Part shown: piece after piece, positions 30,051 through 39,775 of the stretch
Layout of the letters: every line of letters begins with the position of its first letter
Numbering within the stretch: the first letter of the stretch is position 1
Origin: Endomicrobiales bacterium
GTDB taxonomy: Bacteria; Elusimicrobiota; Endomicrobiia; Endomicrobiales; CAWCFT01
Assembly: GCA_963794945.1 (NCBI GenBank)
Contig: CAWCFT010000012.1
Span: 1 to 64,000, forward strand
Direction of reading: 5' to 3'
Length of the DNA: 64,000 nt
Notes under the pieces: generated by a model
The model's database searches: none
What the model was told of the DNA's origin: nothing
The model's input: only the letters and a program-made list of their open reading frames with translations
Made by a program: the position numbers and the translations under genes

Positions 30051-33000
30051 TTGAAGAACACAGCCGCGCTTTTAAAGGCGTTGAAAATACGGATATTGTT
30101 TTCGTTACTGGTTGAGAACGTTCTTAAGTTCGCAGTGCCTGCCTTTTGTTTTATAACGGCCGTATCTTTGATCGATTATTTACTATCGTTCTCTCTGCCG
30201 TTAAGGGAGATACTGACATCGGTAGTTATCCTGTGGGCGGGATACTGCCTTTACAGGTTCTTGCGCGCGGCGCTTAGCGGTGTGTTCTCTGACGGAAATA
30301 TATTGATGGGGCTTGGCCGTGACCACCCGGAGTTCAAAGATGAGATAATCAGCGCCTGGCAGTTATCCAAAAACCCGCCCGCCGGAGTTTCTGCCGAGTT
30401 AACCCGCCTGTTGATAGAGAAAACTGAAAACGCCGCGCCTTCTATCAATGTGTCACGGGATATCAAACTTGTAACGCGTTTGAGTTTGAGGTTGATTTAT
30501 GTTTTAACCGCGCTGGCTGCATTCTGCCTGTTGCTGTACATTGTAAGGCCGGGCGTGGTTAAATCCTCTTTTGAAAGGTTTACGGGCGCCCTGACCAATT
30601 CTGACTGGAAAAAGTGGTTTGATGTAAAGCCCGGTTCAACTGAACTGCCCTGGGGGGAAGCCGTTGACATAGCGGTTAACGGCAAGAACGACCTACCGGG
30701 ACGCCCGGCGCTCATGGTGCGTTCGGAAGACGGGTCGTGGGTGGAAGAAGAATTAACTGCCAAGCCGGGAAAAGTTTACGGGTACACCATTGAAAAGCTG
30801 GCGGGCAAGATAGACTACAAGATTAAGTGGGCACAATTCAAAACTGACGTGTTCGAGCTTGTGCCTGTGACCGCCCCCCAACTAGGGGATTTTACTCTCA
30901 AATATGTTTACCCAGCCTACACCGGCATGGGCGCGCAGACTGTCAAGGGAAATCCAGCTGTTTCGGCTATCAGCGGCACTAAAGTAACACTGTCGGCTAG
31001 ATCCACAAAAAAACTTAAAACCGCAAAAATACTGACAAGCTGGAAGTCAGACGCTGTTGCCGGCGCGGACGGCTACAATGTTTCGGCTTCGTTCTCGGTT
31101 ACGAAAGACGGCGCGTACAAGTTAATAGTTGTGGCTGAGGACGGCAGCACTGAACCGGAGCCGGATGAGTACCAGGTGAAGGTGACAGCCGACCAGCCGC
31201 CGCTTGTAGAACTTCTCTCTCCGTCGGACGACCTGGTAGTGGCCGAGAACACAGAGATACCGCTTGTGGTGCATGTCGAAGACGATTTCGGTATAACAAG
31301 GGTAGCGCTTGCTTACAGGAACGGTTCGGGCAGTGAAGAAAAGGTGAATATATCGGATATCGAAAAGGGCGTTAACCGCAAAGATATAGAGTACGTTTGG
31401 AAATTATCGAGGCTTAACCCCGCACCCGGCGACAGGATAACCTACTACGTAGAAGCATGGGATAACGACCTTGTCGGCGGCCCGAAATCTTCGACAAGCA
31501 AGACGCTCTCTATTGAGATAAACGATTACTCTAAGGAGCACGACAAAATAGAGGCAGGGCTCAAGGACGTAAGGGACGATATACTCACCCTTCTTGCCGA
31601 CCAGACCGCGTCAAGAAAAAAGGTCAAGGAACTGGAAACAGCTTTTTCAACTTCTACTTACGCGGACGCGTTGACGGCGCAGGCGAAAATAAAGGAAGAC
31701 GCGGCGAAGCCTCTTGAAAAACTGCGCGGCGCTCTGGATAAGATGGAGAACGACCCTCTATGCGATTTCGCTACCTATAGCGAGTACAGAGGCATGAACT
31801 CAGAGCTTGAGTACCTCCGAAATAACCAGATGCCGAAGGCGGTTGATTCGCTTAAAACGAGCGACATCAAAGAGGCCTCGAAAAACGAAGACGAAATAAT
31901 TGCGTCGCTTGAAAAAATGGCCCTTCTTTCCGAAGATGTGTGGCAGTACCAGCGTATGAAAGACCTGTTCAATACCGGCGAAGATCTGAAAAAAGCCGCA
32001 GCGGACCTCAAAGACCAGCTTGGTTCAGGTCCCCAGGCGGACAAATTTAAAAGCCAGCTTAAAAAGATTGAGGATATGCTGGATAAAATAAACAACCAGG
32101 TGTCAAAACTGCCGCAGGAGCTTCCGGAGGATTTCGTCAACTCACAGGCCGTAAAGAACATAAACATGGCATCGTTCCAGGACACTCTTTCAAAAATGAA
32201 GGAGGCCGCGGCGAAGGGCGACTGGAAACAGGCCCAGGAGCTGATGGACGAGTTCCAGAAAAGCCTGGAGTCGCTCATGGACGGCCTTGAGAGCGCGGGC
32301 GGCAACATCGGATTTTCTAAAGACAAGGATGACGAGCTTGCCGGTAAGATAAACGATTACAGCGCCAGGCTTGACGGAATAATAGAATCGCAGAAGTCGT
32401 GGCTCGAGAAGGCCAACCAGGCGGACAGCGAGCGCAGGCACGCCGCTTTCCTGAGGCAGGAAAAAACCCTGCAGAGCCTCCTTGATAAACAGAAGGCGCT
32501 TATCGAGCTGGCATCGGCCGTAAGAAAAGATTTTGTCGGCGATTACCATATGTTCGGGACTTATGTAATTGACCAGTCGATAAACCTGATGGGCAAAGTG
32601 CTGGAAGAATTTAAGAACAAAAGAGCTTTTAACAGCCAGAAGTACCTTTCCGACATCATAACGAACTGGAACGAAACAGAAAAAACGGCCGTGAACCCTT
32701 TGATTGAAATAACATCCGAAAAACGAGCAAAAACCGTTGATAACGTGCAAGTTGTCATAAAAGGTGAACAAGATATTCTCGAGACTCTGAAAAAGGGAGA
32801 TACGCCTCCCGCCGGCGATGAGCCCGGCGCTGGGAAATATGAGAACATTTCTAACGAAGAAACTGGGCTAGGCGCGAAGACTTTCTCGCTGCACAAAGAG
32901 ATGCAGGATTTCACAAGGAAAAGCACGGCGATAGAACCGGAAGCGTTCGAGAACCTTTCCGAGGCTGGAAGCGGCATGAATGATGTCGCGGCGAAGATAA

Positions 33001-33320
33001 GCTCTGAGAACACCGGCGGCGCGGTGGATGCCGGTCAGAAAGCGCTTGAACTACTCGAACAGGGCCGGAATGGGCTTAAGAGCGCTCAGGGCCGCCTTTC
33101 GGATATGAAGGGGAACTCCGGCAGTAAAGTCTCGGGTACGGTGCAGACGAAGTCCGGCGGATCTTACGGCTTTAAAACAGCAAGGGTAAAGCTTCCTGGC
33201 AAAGACGATTACAAGCCGCCCAAAGAGTTCAGGCAGGAAATAATGGAGGCATTAAAGGAAAAGTACCCGCAGAAATATGAAAAACTGATAAGAGAGTATT
33301 ACCGCAGGCTGACGGAATAA
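30051..33320 (+). CDS. DUF4175-family large membrane-anchored coiled-coil protein
   Basis: N-terminal TMs, YVYPAYTG, DQPPLVELL...DDFGI...YYVEAWDND, a long coiled coil, and C-terminal PKEFRQEIMEALK..YP.KY..LIREYYRRL. TTG 30051 is preferred as start because 30027 lies within the repeat. Confidence 0.8.
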   Translation: MKNTAALLKALKIRILFSLLVENVLKFAVPAFCFITAVSLIDYLLSFSLPLREILTSVVILWAGYCLYRFLRAALSGVFSDGNILMGLGRDHPEFKDEIISAWQLSKNPPAGVSAELTRLLIEKTENAAPSINVSRDIKLVTRLSLRLIYVLTALAAFCLLLYIVRPGVVKSSFERFTGALTNSDWKKWFDVKPGSTELPWGEAVDIAVNGKNDLPGRPALMVRSEDGSWVEEELTAKPGKVYGYTIEKLAGKIDYKIKWAQFKTDVFELVPVTAPQLGDFTLKYVYPAYTGMGAQTVKGNPAVSAISGTKVTLSARSTKKLKTAKILTSWKSDAVAGADGYNVSASFSVTKDGAYKLIVVAEDGSTEPEPDEYQVKVTADQPPLVELLSPSDDLVVAENTEIPLVVHVEDDFGITRVALAYRNGSGSEEKVNISDIEKGVNRKDIEYVWKLSRLNPAPGDRITYYVEAWDNDLVGGPKSSTSKTLSIEINDYSKEHDKIEAGLKDVRDDILTLLADQTASRKKVKELETAFSTSTYADALTAQAKIKEDAAKPLEKLRGALDKMENDPLCDFATYSEYRGMNSELEYLRNNQMPKAVDSLKTSDIKEASKNEDEIIASLEKMALLSEDVWQYQRMKDLFNTGEDLKKAAADLKDQLGSGPQADKFKSQLKKIEDMLDKINNQVSKLPQELPEDFVNSQAVKNINMASFQDTLSKMKEAAAKGDWKQAQELMDEFQKSLESLMDGLESAGGNIGFSKDKDDELAGKINDYSARLDGIIESQKSWLEKANQADSERRHAAFLRQEKTLQSLLDKQKALIELASAVRKDFVGDYHMFGTYVIDQSINLMGKVLEEFKNKRAFNSQKYLSDIITNWNETEKTAVNPLIEITSEKRAKTVDNVQVVIKGEQDILETLKKGDTPPAGDEPGAGKYENISNEETGLGAKTFSLHKEMQDFTRKSTAIEPEAFENLSEAGSGMNDVAAKISSENTGGAVDAGQKALELLEQGRNGLKSAQGRLSDMKGNSGSKVSGTVQTKSGGSYGFKTARVKLPGKDDYKPPKEFRQEIMEALKEKYPQKYEKLIREYYRRLTE

Positions 33321-33324
33321 ATAT

Positions 33325-34939
33325 ATGGCGATATCAAATATCAAAGATCAAATGTCAAAAATATTCGGACAAAACAGGCACGAACAATGTTTAATATTAG
33401 TGCTGTTGCTGTTTCTTTCCTGCCGTGGGTTTGCTTCATTTACTTCCGGAGGCATAAGAGGGTTCGACACCCTACTTGATACAGGACGGTTCGGAGAAGC
33501 CGATGCTGTAATTGCTAAAACGCCGGCAGGGCCGGAACGGGAATTCCTGCAGGCGCAAGAATACTTTTTCCAGGGCAAGTACTCTGATGCTGCATCTGAA
33601 ATGGGGCTGGCAGCTGCCGTTGACAGCCCAAAACACGAAAGAAAGGCGATGGGGGACTATTATTCGCTGCTTGCCGAAAATATCAAAGATCATGAAGCGT
33701 TTAGCAGTGAACATTTTGTTTTAAGACTTAGCGGAAGAGATAAAGCGTTGGCCCTTTACGCTCTGGACACACTTGAGAAAATATACGCATCGATCGGAAA
33801 ACAGTTCGGCTATTACCCTCCCGAGAAAGTGCTTGTTGAAATCCACCCGCAGAAAACAGAGTTCTCACCGGCTTCAACACTGAGCATGGACGTCCTTGAA
33901 AAAAGCGGGACAGTGGGCATATGCAAGTTCAACCGGATAATGATGCTCTCTCCGGAAGCCCTGCCGCTCGGCTACTCTTGGGCCGACACGATGTGCCACG
34001 AATATGTTCACTTTACGGTCAACAGGCTAAGCAGAGGCGTGTGCCCGCTATGGCTGCAGGAGGGCCTTGCGAAATACTTTGAAACCTCCTGGCGCGTACA
34101 GCCTCCTGAATATCTTTCGCCCGCGGCCAAAAACAGCCTTGCCTCCGCTAAAAAGAATAATACTTACATTACTTTTAAAAAAATGCACCCGTCGCTGGTG
34201 TTCCTTAAAAGCCAGGACGAAATTCTTCTGGCGTTTGCCGAGGTTTCCTGCGCGGTGGATTTCATGCGCTCGAAATACGGCCAGGAGTCTATTCCAAAGC
34301 TTGCCGTTAATATGGCCGTAAGCGGCGAAGAAGGGGCTTTTAAAAAGACACTCGGAATAAACGAGGAGAAGTTTGAAAAAGAGTTCATTGAAAATCTTAA
34401 GGCGAGAAAGGTAGATGAATCGCCCGGCGCGGCTACCGAAAAAATTAGTTTTGATAAACAACCCGAAGAAGAGTTTATAGGCGCCGACCTGCGCGGCCAG
34501 GTGCGGCTTGGCGACCTAATGAGAAAAGCCGGTAAACCTGAAGCGGCTGCGGCGCAGTACGAAAAAGCCCTGGCCATTGAACCGGCGAACCCGGTGATAC
34601 TTCTAAAAACCGCGAAAGCGCTGATAGATGCGGGCGATTCCGCGGGTGCGATAGACAAACTCAAAGCCGCTGGCTATAAAGAACCCGGGTTACGTTACTA
34701 TATTTGAAACATTGGGAGAGCTTTATTTCAGGATGGGCGACTACGACAGGGCGGTCGAAACACTCTCCAAGGCGAACCTTATAAACCCGTACGACCCGGC
34801 GCTGCACTACTGTCTCTCGAGAGCCTACATTCAAATAAAGGACAAAGAGAGGGCCGTCGCCGAGATGAAGGCCCTGTTGATACTTGAGCCTGGCGACGCT
34901 GAAACAAGGTTACTGCTTGAAAGAACGAACCGTGAATAG
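33325..34939 (+). CDS. Peptidase MA-like zinc metalloprotease with TPRs (frameshift ~34670)
   Basis: Gluzincin-type motif HEYVH...PLWLQEGLA; the TPRs continue into ORF 34712-34939. Confidence 0.82.
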
Positions 34940-34956
34940 TTTTTGTTTCTCACCGG

Positions 34957-34985
34957 TTGATTTGCTAATTAAATTCTGCTATATT
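34957..34985 (+). promoter_or_regulatory. Sigma70-type promoter with extended -10
   Basis: TTGATT-17 bp-TATATT, with TGC immediately before the -10. Confidence 0.55.
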
Positions 34986-35029
34986 ACATTCAATAAGCAG
35001 TATTAAAAGAGCCAGAATGAAGTGTAAGT

Positions 35030-35148
35030 CAGATCAAATATCAAGAATCAAAGATCAAATTACAAGTAAAACTCAAAAATATCTTCAAAAAATATATTAT
35101 TTAAGCTGTTAACCTTAATTTTGATATTTGATGTTTGATTTTTAATAA
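35030..35148. repeat. Heptamer-built inverted-repeat element
   Basis: AGATCAAATATCAAGAATCAAAGATCAAATT on the left and AATTTTGATATTTGATGTTTGATTTTTAAT on the right. The inner GTTAACC-TAATTTTGATATTTG is shared with the 29916-30036 copy. Confidence 0.8.
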
Positions 35149-35157
35149 GGAATTAAT

Positions 35158-35823
35158 ATGTCATTCGCGAAGCTTGAAGAGATAACATGCCCGTGCGGTG
35201 AAGCGTTCGAGGCGGAACTGTGGAACGCGATAAACGCGGGCGAGGACCCCGAACTTAAGGAAGCGTTACTTTGCGGGGAAATTAACGTGGTTTGCTGCCC
35301 GGCTTGCGGCCAGATTTTTTACGCTGAACATTTCATCCTTTATCACGACCCGGCTAACGAGATAATCGCGTTCATCTACCCGCTGAGTTTTGCCTCCCAG
35401 GCCGATCACTGGGCCGCGAAAATGAAAGAAGATTTTCAAAGGGCAACGGCGGACCTGGCAAGCGACGGGAAGACGATAGATTACGAACCTATGCTGTTTT
35501 TCGGGTTGGACACCCTCACCGAGATAGTTCGCGGCGAAGAGCAGGACACTGACGAGATAGCGATACTTGAATACTGCGCCAAAGACCTGGGCCTTGAACT
35601 GATAAAGCTCAAGCCTTCTCTCGCGCGGCAGGCGCAGGTGCCCAAGGTTCTGCCGAGGCTCCCGGGTAAAGGCGGAGACCTTCGCAAAGAGATCCTTGGT
35701 GGCCTTGACCGCCTGCTCAAACACAATGAAAACCTTTCATGCTACGACCGGATACGCCACCTCATAAAACACAACGACAAATGGCAGCTCGACAAAAAAC
35801 TCATCAAAAAGATCGTTAAATAA
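35158..35823 (+). CDS. CpXC domain (zinc-binding) protein
   Basis: ITCPCG...INAGEDPELKEALLCGEINVVCCPACG...LYHDP. Confidence 0.8.
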   Translation: MSFAKLEEITCPCGEAFEAELWNAINAGEDPELKEALLCGEINVVCCPACGQIFYAEHFILYHDPANEIIAFIYPLSFASQADHWAAKMKEDFQRATADLASDGKTIDYEPMLFFGLDTLTEIVRGEEQDTDEIAILEYCAKDLGLELIKLKPSLARQAQVPKVLPRLPGKGGDLRKEILGGLDRLLKHNENLSCYDRIRHLIKHNDKWQLDKKLIKKIVK

Positions 35824-35826
35824 CAG

Positions 35827-37602
35827 ATGAAAAATATCGGAACCGCGATCCTGGCCGTTTTGATCCCGATTTCAGTAGTTTTTGTTTTCAAGCCAGTACT
35901 TACCGCAGGGTTCACAAACTACGACGACGATGTCCTTGTCACGGGCAATCCGCTTATAAAAACTATCACTTCAAAGAACCTTGAACGAATTTTCTTTTCT
36001 TCCTACTGCGGGCTATACCATCCTCTCGTGCTTTTGTCTTATTCCTGCGAATACAAAATAGCGGGCCTCAACCCGCGGACTTATCACTCAACGAGCCTTG
36101 CCCTTCACACCATCAACTGCCTACTGGTTTTCTGGATGATACTGCTTATTGGCGGGAACGCCCCGGTTGCCCTTCTTACAACGCTTTTTTTCGGACTGCA
36201 TCCGCTGCACGTGGAATCAGTAGCGTGGATAGCCGAGCGAAAAGACGTGCTCTATGCGCTTTTCTATTTATCGTCGATCATAGCCTATATATATTTCAAG
36301 ATGAATAACGAAAAGCGGTTTTACGCGGTCTCGCTGGCATTATTCCTGTTCTCACTGATGTCAAAACCAATGGCCGTTACTCTGCCTGTCGCACTTTTCC
36401 TTTTCGATTACCTGGGATCAAGAAAGATAGATATAAAATCTGCTGTTGAAAAAGTTCCATACTTTATTTTGTCGATTATTTTTAGCGTTATAACAGTAAG
36501 GTCCCATTATTCATCGCAGGACGCCCCTGTGCGCCCGGTTATAAACCTCGCGGCGGGATTGTCGGGAGCGGTTAACGGCATTATATTTTATATCGCAAAG
36601 ATATTCTGGCCGGTTAACCTCTCGTGTTTCTATCCCTACATTGGGCGCGAGTGGAGGAGTTATTTTCATTTTACTGCTTTACCTTTTATATTTATTTTCA
36701 TTCTTGCTGCCGCAGCTTTGTATTCAATGAGGAGGACGAGGATAGCCGCGTTCGGCGCGGCATTTTTTGTCGCAGCGCTTCTGCCCGTGCTTCAGCTCAT
36801 CCCGTTCGGGCAGGAAGTTCCGGCCGACAGGTTCACCTACATTGCTTCGATAGGGATATTCTTCGCCGTTTCGGAAGGCTTTGCCTTTTTCTGGAAAAAA
36901 CCTCAACGACTCCCAAGGTTTATGAGTGTATCCATTGCGGCATTGATCGTGATAGTTTTATCTTTTGTTTCAAACGCGAGGTGCAAAGTCTGGCAGGACA
37001 GTTTTACTCTCTGGAACGACGCTATAAAAAAATATCCCGCTCTCCCACAGGCCTATAAAAACCGAGCCGACGCGTATAAGGAAGCCGGGTTAGCTGATAA
37101 AGCGCTGCAGGACTACGGCCAGGCACTTATTCTTAAGTCCGGTTATCCGCAGGCTCTCAATAACCGTGGGAATTTGTTCGCGAGCCTCGGCCAATACCGG
37201 CAAGCTGTTGAAGATTATTCTTCCGCGATAAGGGAAAATCCCGGGTACGTTTCAGCCATATATAACCGGGCCATAGCTTTCTCCGCGCTGAACGATCTCG
37301 AAGCCTCGGCCGCCGATTATGGCCTGGCGATATATAAAAACCCCGAGTACTACGAGGCATTCAATAACAGAGGCATAATACGGGCTAAGCAGGGGATGTA
37401 CGGAAAAGCCATAGAGGATTTTTCAAAAGCGATTTCGATAAACCAGGACTTTAACGAGGCTTACGCAAATAGGAGTTTCGCTTACTACTATACCGGCGAC
37501 ATGAATAGTTGTGTGAAAGATGTCGGTGTGCTGTTACAAAGGAAGTACCCGGTTAACCAGGCATTTTACAAAGCACTCATAGACAAGAAACTGATAAAAT
37601 GA
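35827..37602 (+). CDS. TMTC-like GT-C (protein O-mannosyltransferase-like) with TPRs
   Basis: FTNYDD, YHPLVLLS, HPLHVESVAWIAERKDVL, SKPMAVTLP, ADRFTY, VWQDSFTLW and multiple TPRs. Confidence 0.88.
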   Translation: MKNIGTAILAVLIPISVVFVFKPVLTAGFTNYDDDVLVTGNPLIKTITSKNLERIFFSSYCGLYHPLVLLSYSCEYKIAGLNPRTYHSTSLALHTINCLLVFWMILLIGGNAPVALLTTLFFGLHPLHVESVAWIAERKDVLYALFYLSSIIAYIYFKMNNEKRFYAVSLALFLFSLMSKPMAVTLPVALFLFDYLGSRKIDIKSAVEKVPYFILSIIFSVITVRSHYSSQDAPVRPVINLAAGLSGAVNGIIFYIAKIFWPVNLSCFYPYIGREWRSYFHFTALPFIFIFILAAAALYSMRRTRIAAFGAAFFVAALLPVLQLIPFGQEVPADRFTYIASIGIFFAVSEGFAFFWKKPQRLPRFMSVSIAALIVIVLSFVSNARCKVWQDSFTLWNDAIKKYPALPQAYKNRADAYKEAGLADKALQDYGQALILKSGYPQALNNRGNLFASLGQYRQAVEDYSSAIRENPGYVSAIYNRAIAFSALNDLEASAADYGLAIYKNPEYYEAFNNRGIIRAKQGMYGKAIEDFSKAISINQDFNEAYANRSFAYYYTGDMNSCVKDVGVLLQRKYPVNQAFYKALIDKKLIK

Positions 37603-37683
37603 TAAATTAAGACCGTTGGGAAAATCCAACTATCTTATAATAGCCTCCAGGTAATCCGGCGCCTTGGGTCAAAGGACAACAAA

Positions 37684-38028
37684 ATGCACGGGCATTCGAT
37701 CAAATTCATCATAGGCATGGTATTCCTGCTTACCAACCAGATAGTCGGCTACATTGGGATCATAGGCGGCTCCTGGCTGGGAAAAAAGACGGGTAAAAAG
37801 GTTTACTACGGGCTAGGCACGATAACCTACGCGTTGTCATGGGGAATGGCAGCGGCGGGTGTATATCTTGCCGGGCCGGAGGGTTTGGCTCTCTTTAAGA
37901 ATTTGTTCAAGAGATACATGTGGCAAACAATTTGCGCAGCGGCGGTTATAATTTCAGGAGCGCTGATTTATTACTTGATGGAGAAAAGGAAAAAAGATGC
38001 CAGGGTTGAAAAAAATAAAGATCAATAA
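37684..38028 (+). CDS. Hypothetical membrane protein
   Basis: 114 aa with about three hydrophobic segments, co-oriented with and overlapping the next gene. Confidence 0.6.
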   Translation: MHGHSIKFIIGMVFLLTNQIVGYIGIIGGSWLGKKTGKKVYYGLGTITYALSWGMAAAGVYLAGPEGLALFKNLFKRYMWQTICAAAVIISGALIYYLMEKRKKDARVEKNKDQ

Positions 38029-39031
38029 AACGCTTTCGCGCATAGGCTGTATAGCTGAAGCCAAAGGGCTGAACTCCTATCTTGTTGGAGGAGCGGTCAG
38101 AGACCTGCTCACGGGAAAAAAAGACCTCGACTGGGACATTGTTGTTGAGGGTAATCCTTTGCCTCTTGTGAAGGCTGCCGCGAAGCTTGTCAAAGGCAGC
38201 TATGTTTCGTACCCGCAATTCGGTACTTTTTCGGTAGAGGCTTCAAGCGGGGCTAATATAGATTTCGCAACTGCCCGCAAAGAGACGTACGCCAAGCCAG
38301 GTGCGCTGCCTAAAGTTGTTTTTTCGAGCCTTGAAGACGATATTTCCCGCAGAGATTTTACACTAAACGCGCTTGCTGTGAGCCTTAAACCGGGCAGCGC
38401 TGGCGAGATCATCGATATGTACGGAGGCAAGAAGGATCTGGAGAACAGGGTTTTGAGGGTTCTACATAATCGCAGTTTTAAAGACGACCCAACCAGGATT
38501 TTCCGGCTGGCCCGTTTTGCGGGCAGGGGTTATAAAATAGACAAACCAACTGAAATGCTGGCAGTGTCTGGAGCCTCTTACGTATCATATGTTTCACCCT
38601 CAAGGCTGTTCAGAGAGTTAATCCTGATTATTGGCGAGAAAAATCCGTTCGCTGCTCTAAATATTCTAAATGAATGGAAAATAACCGGCAAACTTTTGCC
38701 GGGTGTGGTTGTATCCACCAGGCTTAAACAGCTTTCAAGTTTGAGAACGATCGATGAAAGAATGGCTTTTCTTTTGTCCGGGTCTGAGGTGGAAGCGCGC
38801 ATGAAAATATACGCGAGCCTGAGATTCCCGAATAAGCTTAAGAACTCCATTGAAAAGCTTCTTGAGCCGGTAAAAGCAAAACCAGCGCTTAGCGGCAAAG
38901 ACCTTATAAAAATGGGTTACAAACAGGGCCCTCGGATAGGGGAAATATTGAAAAGCCTTACGAGGTCGGGCATCGTTTCCCGCGCCAAAGCGAAGAAGCA
39001 TGTGTTTGACAATTTCCCTCAAAAAATATAG
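37997..39031 (+). CDS. cca: Class II tRNA nucleotidyltransferase (CCA- or A-adding)
   Basis: YLVGGAVRDLL, DWDIV, DFATARKETY, RRDFTLNA, DDPTRIFR and a C-terminal LSGKDLIKMG...GP.IG. Confidence 0.9.
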   Translation: MPGLKKIKINKTLSRIGCIAEAKGLNSYLVGGAVRDLLTGKKDLDWDIVVEGNPLPLVKAAAKLVKGSYVSYPQFGTFSVEASSGANIDFATARKETYAKPGALPKVVFSSLEDDISRRDFTLNALAVSLKPGSAGEIIDMYGGKKDLENRVLRVLHNRSFKDDPTRIFRLARFAGRGYKIDKPTEMLAVSGASYVSYVSPSRLFRELILIIGEKNPFAALNILNEWKITGKLLPGVVVSTRLKQLSSLRTIDERMAFLLSGSEVEARMKIYASLRFPNKLKNSIEKLLEPVKAKPALSGKDLIKMGYKQGPRIGEILKSLTRSGIVSRAKAKKHVFDNFPQKI

Positions 39032-39034
39032 AAT
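39006..39034 (+). promoter_or_regulatory. Sigma70-type promoter for the protease-trpS-scpAB genes
   Basis: TTGACA-17 bp-TAGAAT overlapping the end of cca. Confidence 0.7.
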
Positions 39035-39049
39035 TATCAAAACAAATTG

Positions 39050-39130
39050 GAAGATTTAGAAGATCGCAAGATTTAACACTGAAGGTATAATAACCTTCGA
39101 ATCTTCAAAATCTTCTTAATTTTTAATCTA
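39050..39130. repeat. AAGATT / AATCTT-unit inverted repeat with inner hairpin
   Basis: GAAGATTTAGAAGATCGCAAGATT ... GAAGGT-ATAATA-ACCTTC ... AATCTTCAAAATCTTC. Confidence 0.6.
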
Positions 39131-39132
39131 AT

Positions 39133-39768
39133 ATGAACTTATTAATACAACTGCCAGTACTTCTTTTTTCCGTGATATTTCACGAGTATGCGCACGGCTG
39201 GATGGCCGAAAAGCGCGGTGACGACACGGCGCGTATCATGGGCAGGCTGACACTTAACCCTATCCCGCATATAGACCTTTTCGGTACTATAATACTTCCG
39301 GCCATATGCCTCATGAGCCACCTGCCGATGTTCGGCTGGGCGAAGCCCGTGCCGGTAAACCCTTACAGGCTTAACGACCCCAAACGTGACATGGTGTGGG
39401 TGTCGCTTACCGCGCCGCTAGCGAATTTCTCGCTTGCCGTCGCCGCGGCTTTTATCATGTGGGCGCTGAGAGCTTTTCCGCTGCTGCCCGCAGGCCTGGC
39501 CGGCGCGGCTTATCAGATCATGCAGCTTACACTAGTCATTAACGTCATACTGCCTGTCTTTAACCTTTTCCCGGTACCTCCGCTTGACGGCAGCAAGGTA
39601 GTGATGGGCATTCTTCCGCACGAGCTTTCTTACCGCTACGCTGCCCTCGAACCATATGGTTTCATCATCATAGTGATACTGATGACTACGAATATTTTCT
39701 GGACCATTCTTGGCCCGGTGGCGGATCTTATAATACGCGCCCTTGGCGGCGGAATAGGCTATTACTAG
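39133..39768 (+). CDS. Site-2 protease family (M50) metalloprotease
   Basis: HEYAHG, GRLTLNPIPHID, GWAKPVPVNP and FNLFPVPPLDG. Confidence 0.93.
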   Translation: MNLLIQLPVLLFSVIFHEYAHGWMAEKRGDDTARIMGRLTLNPIPHIDLFGTIILPAICLMSHLPMFGWAKPVPVNPYRLNDPKRDMVWVSLTAPLANFSLAVAAAFIMWALRAFPLLPAGLAGAAYQIMQLTLVINVILPVFNLFPVPPLDGSKVVMGILPHELSYRYAALEPYGFIIIVILMTTNIFWTILGPVADLIIRALGGGIGYY

Positions 39769-39775
39769 GAATTTA

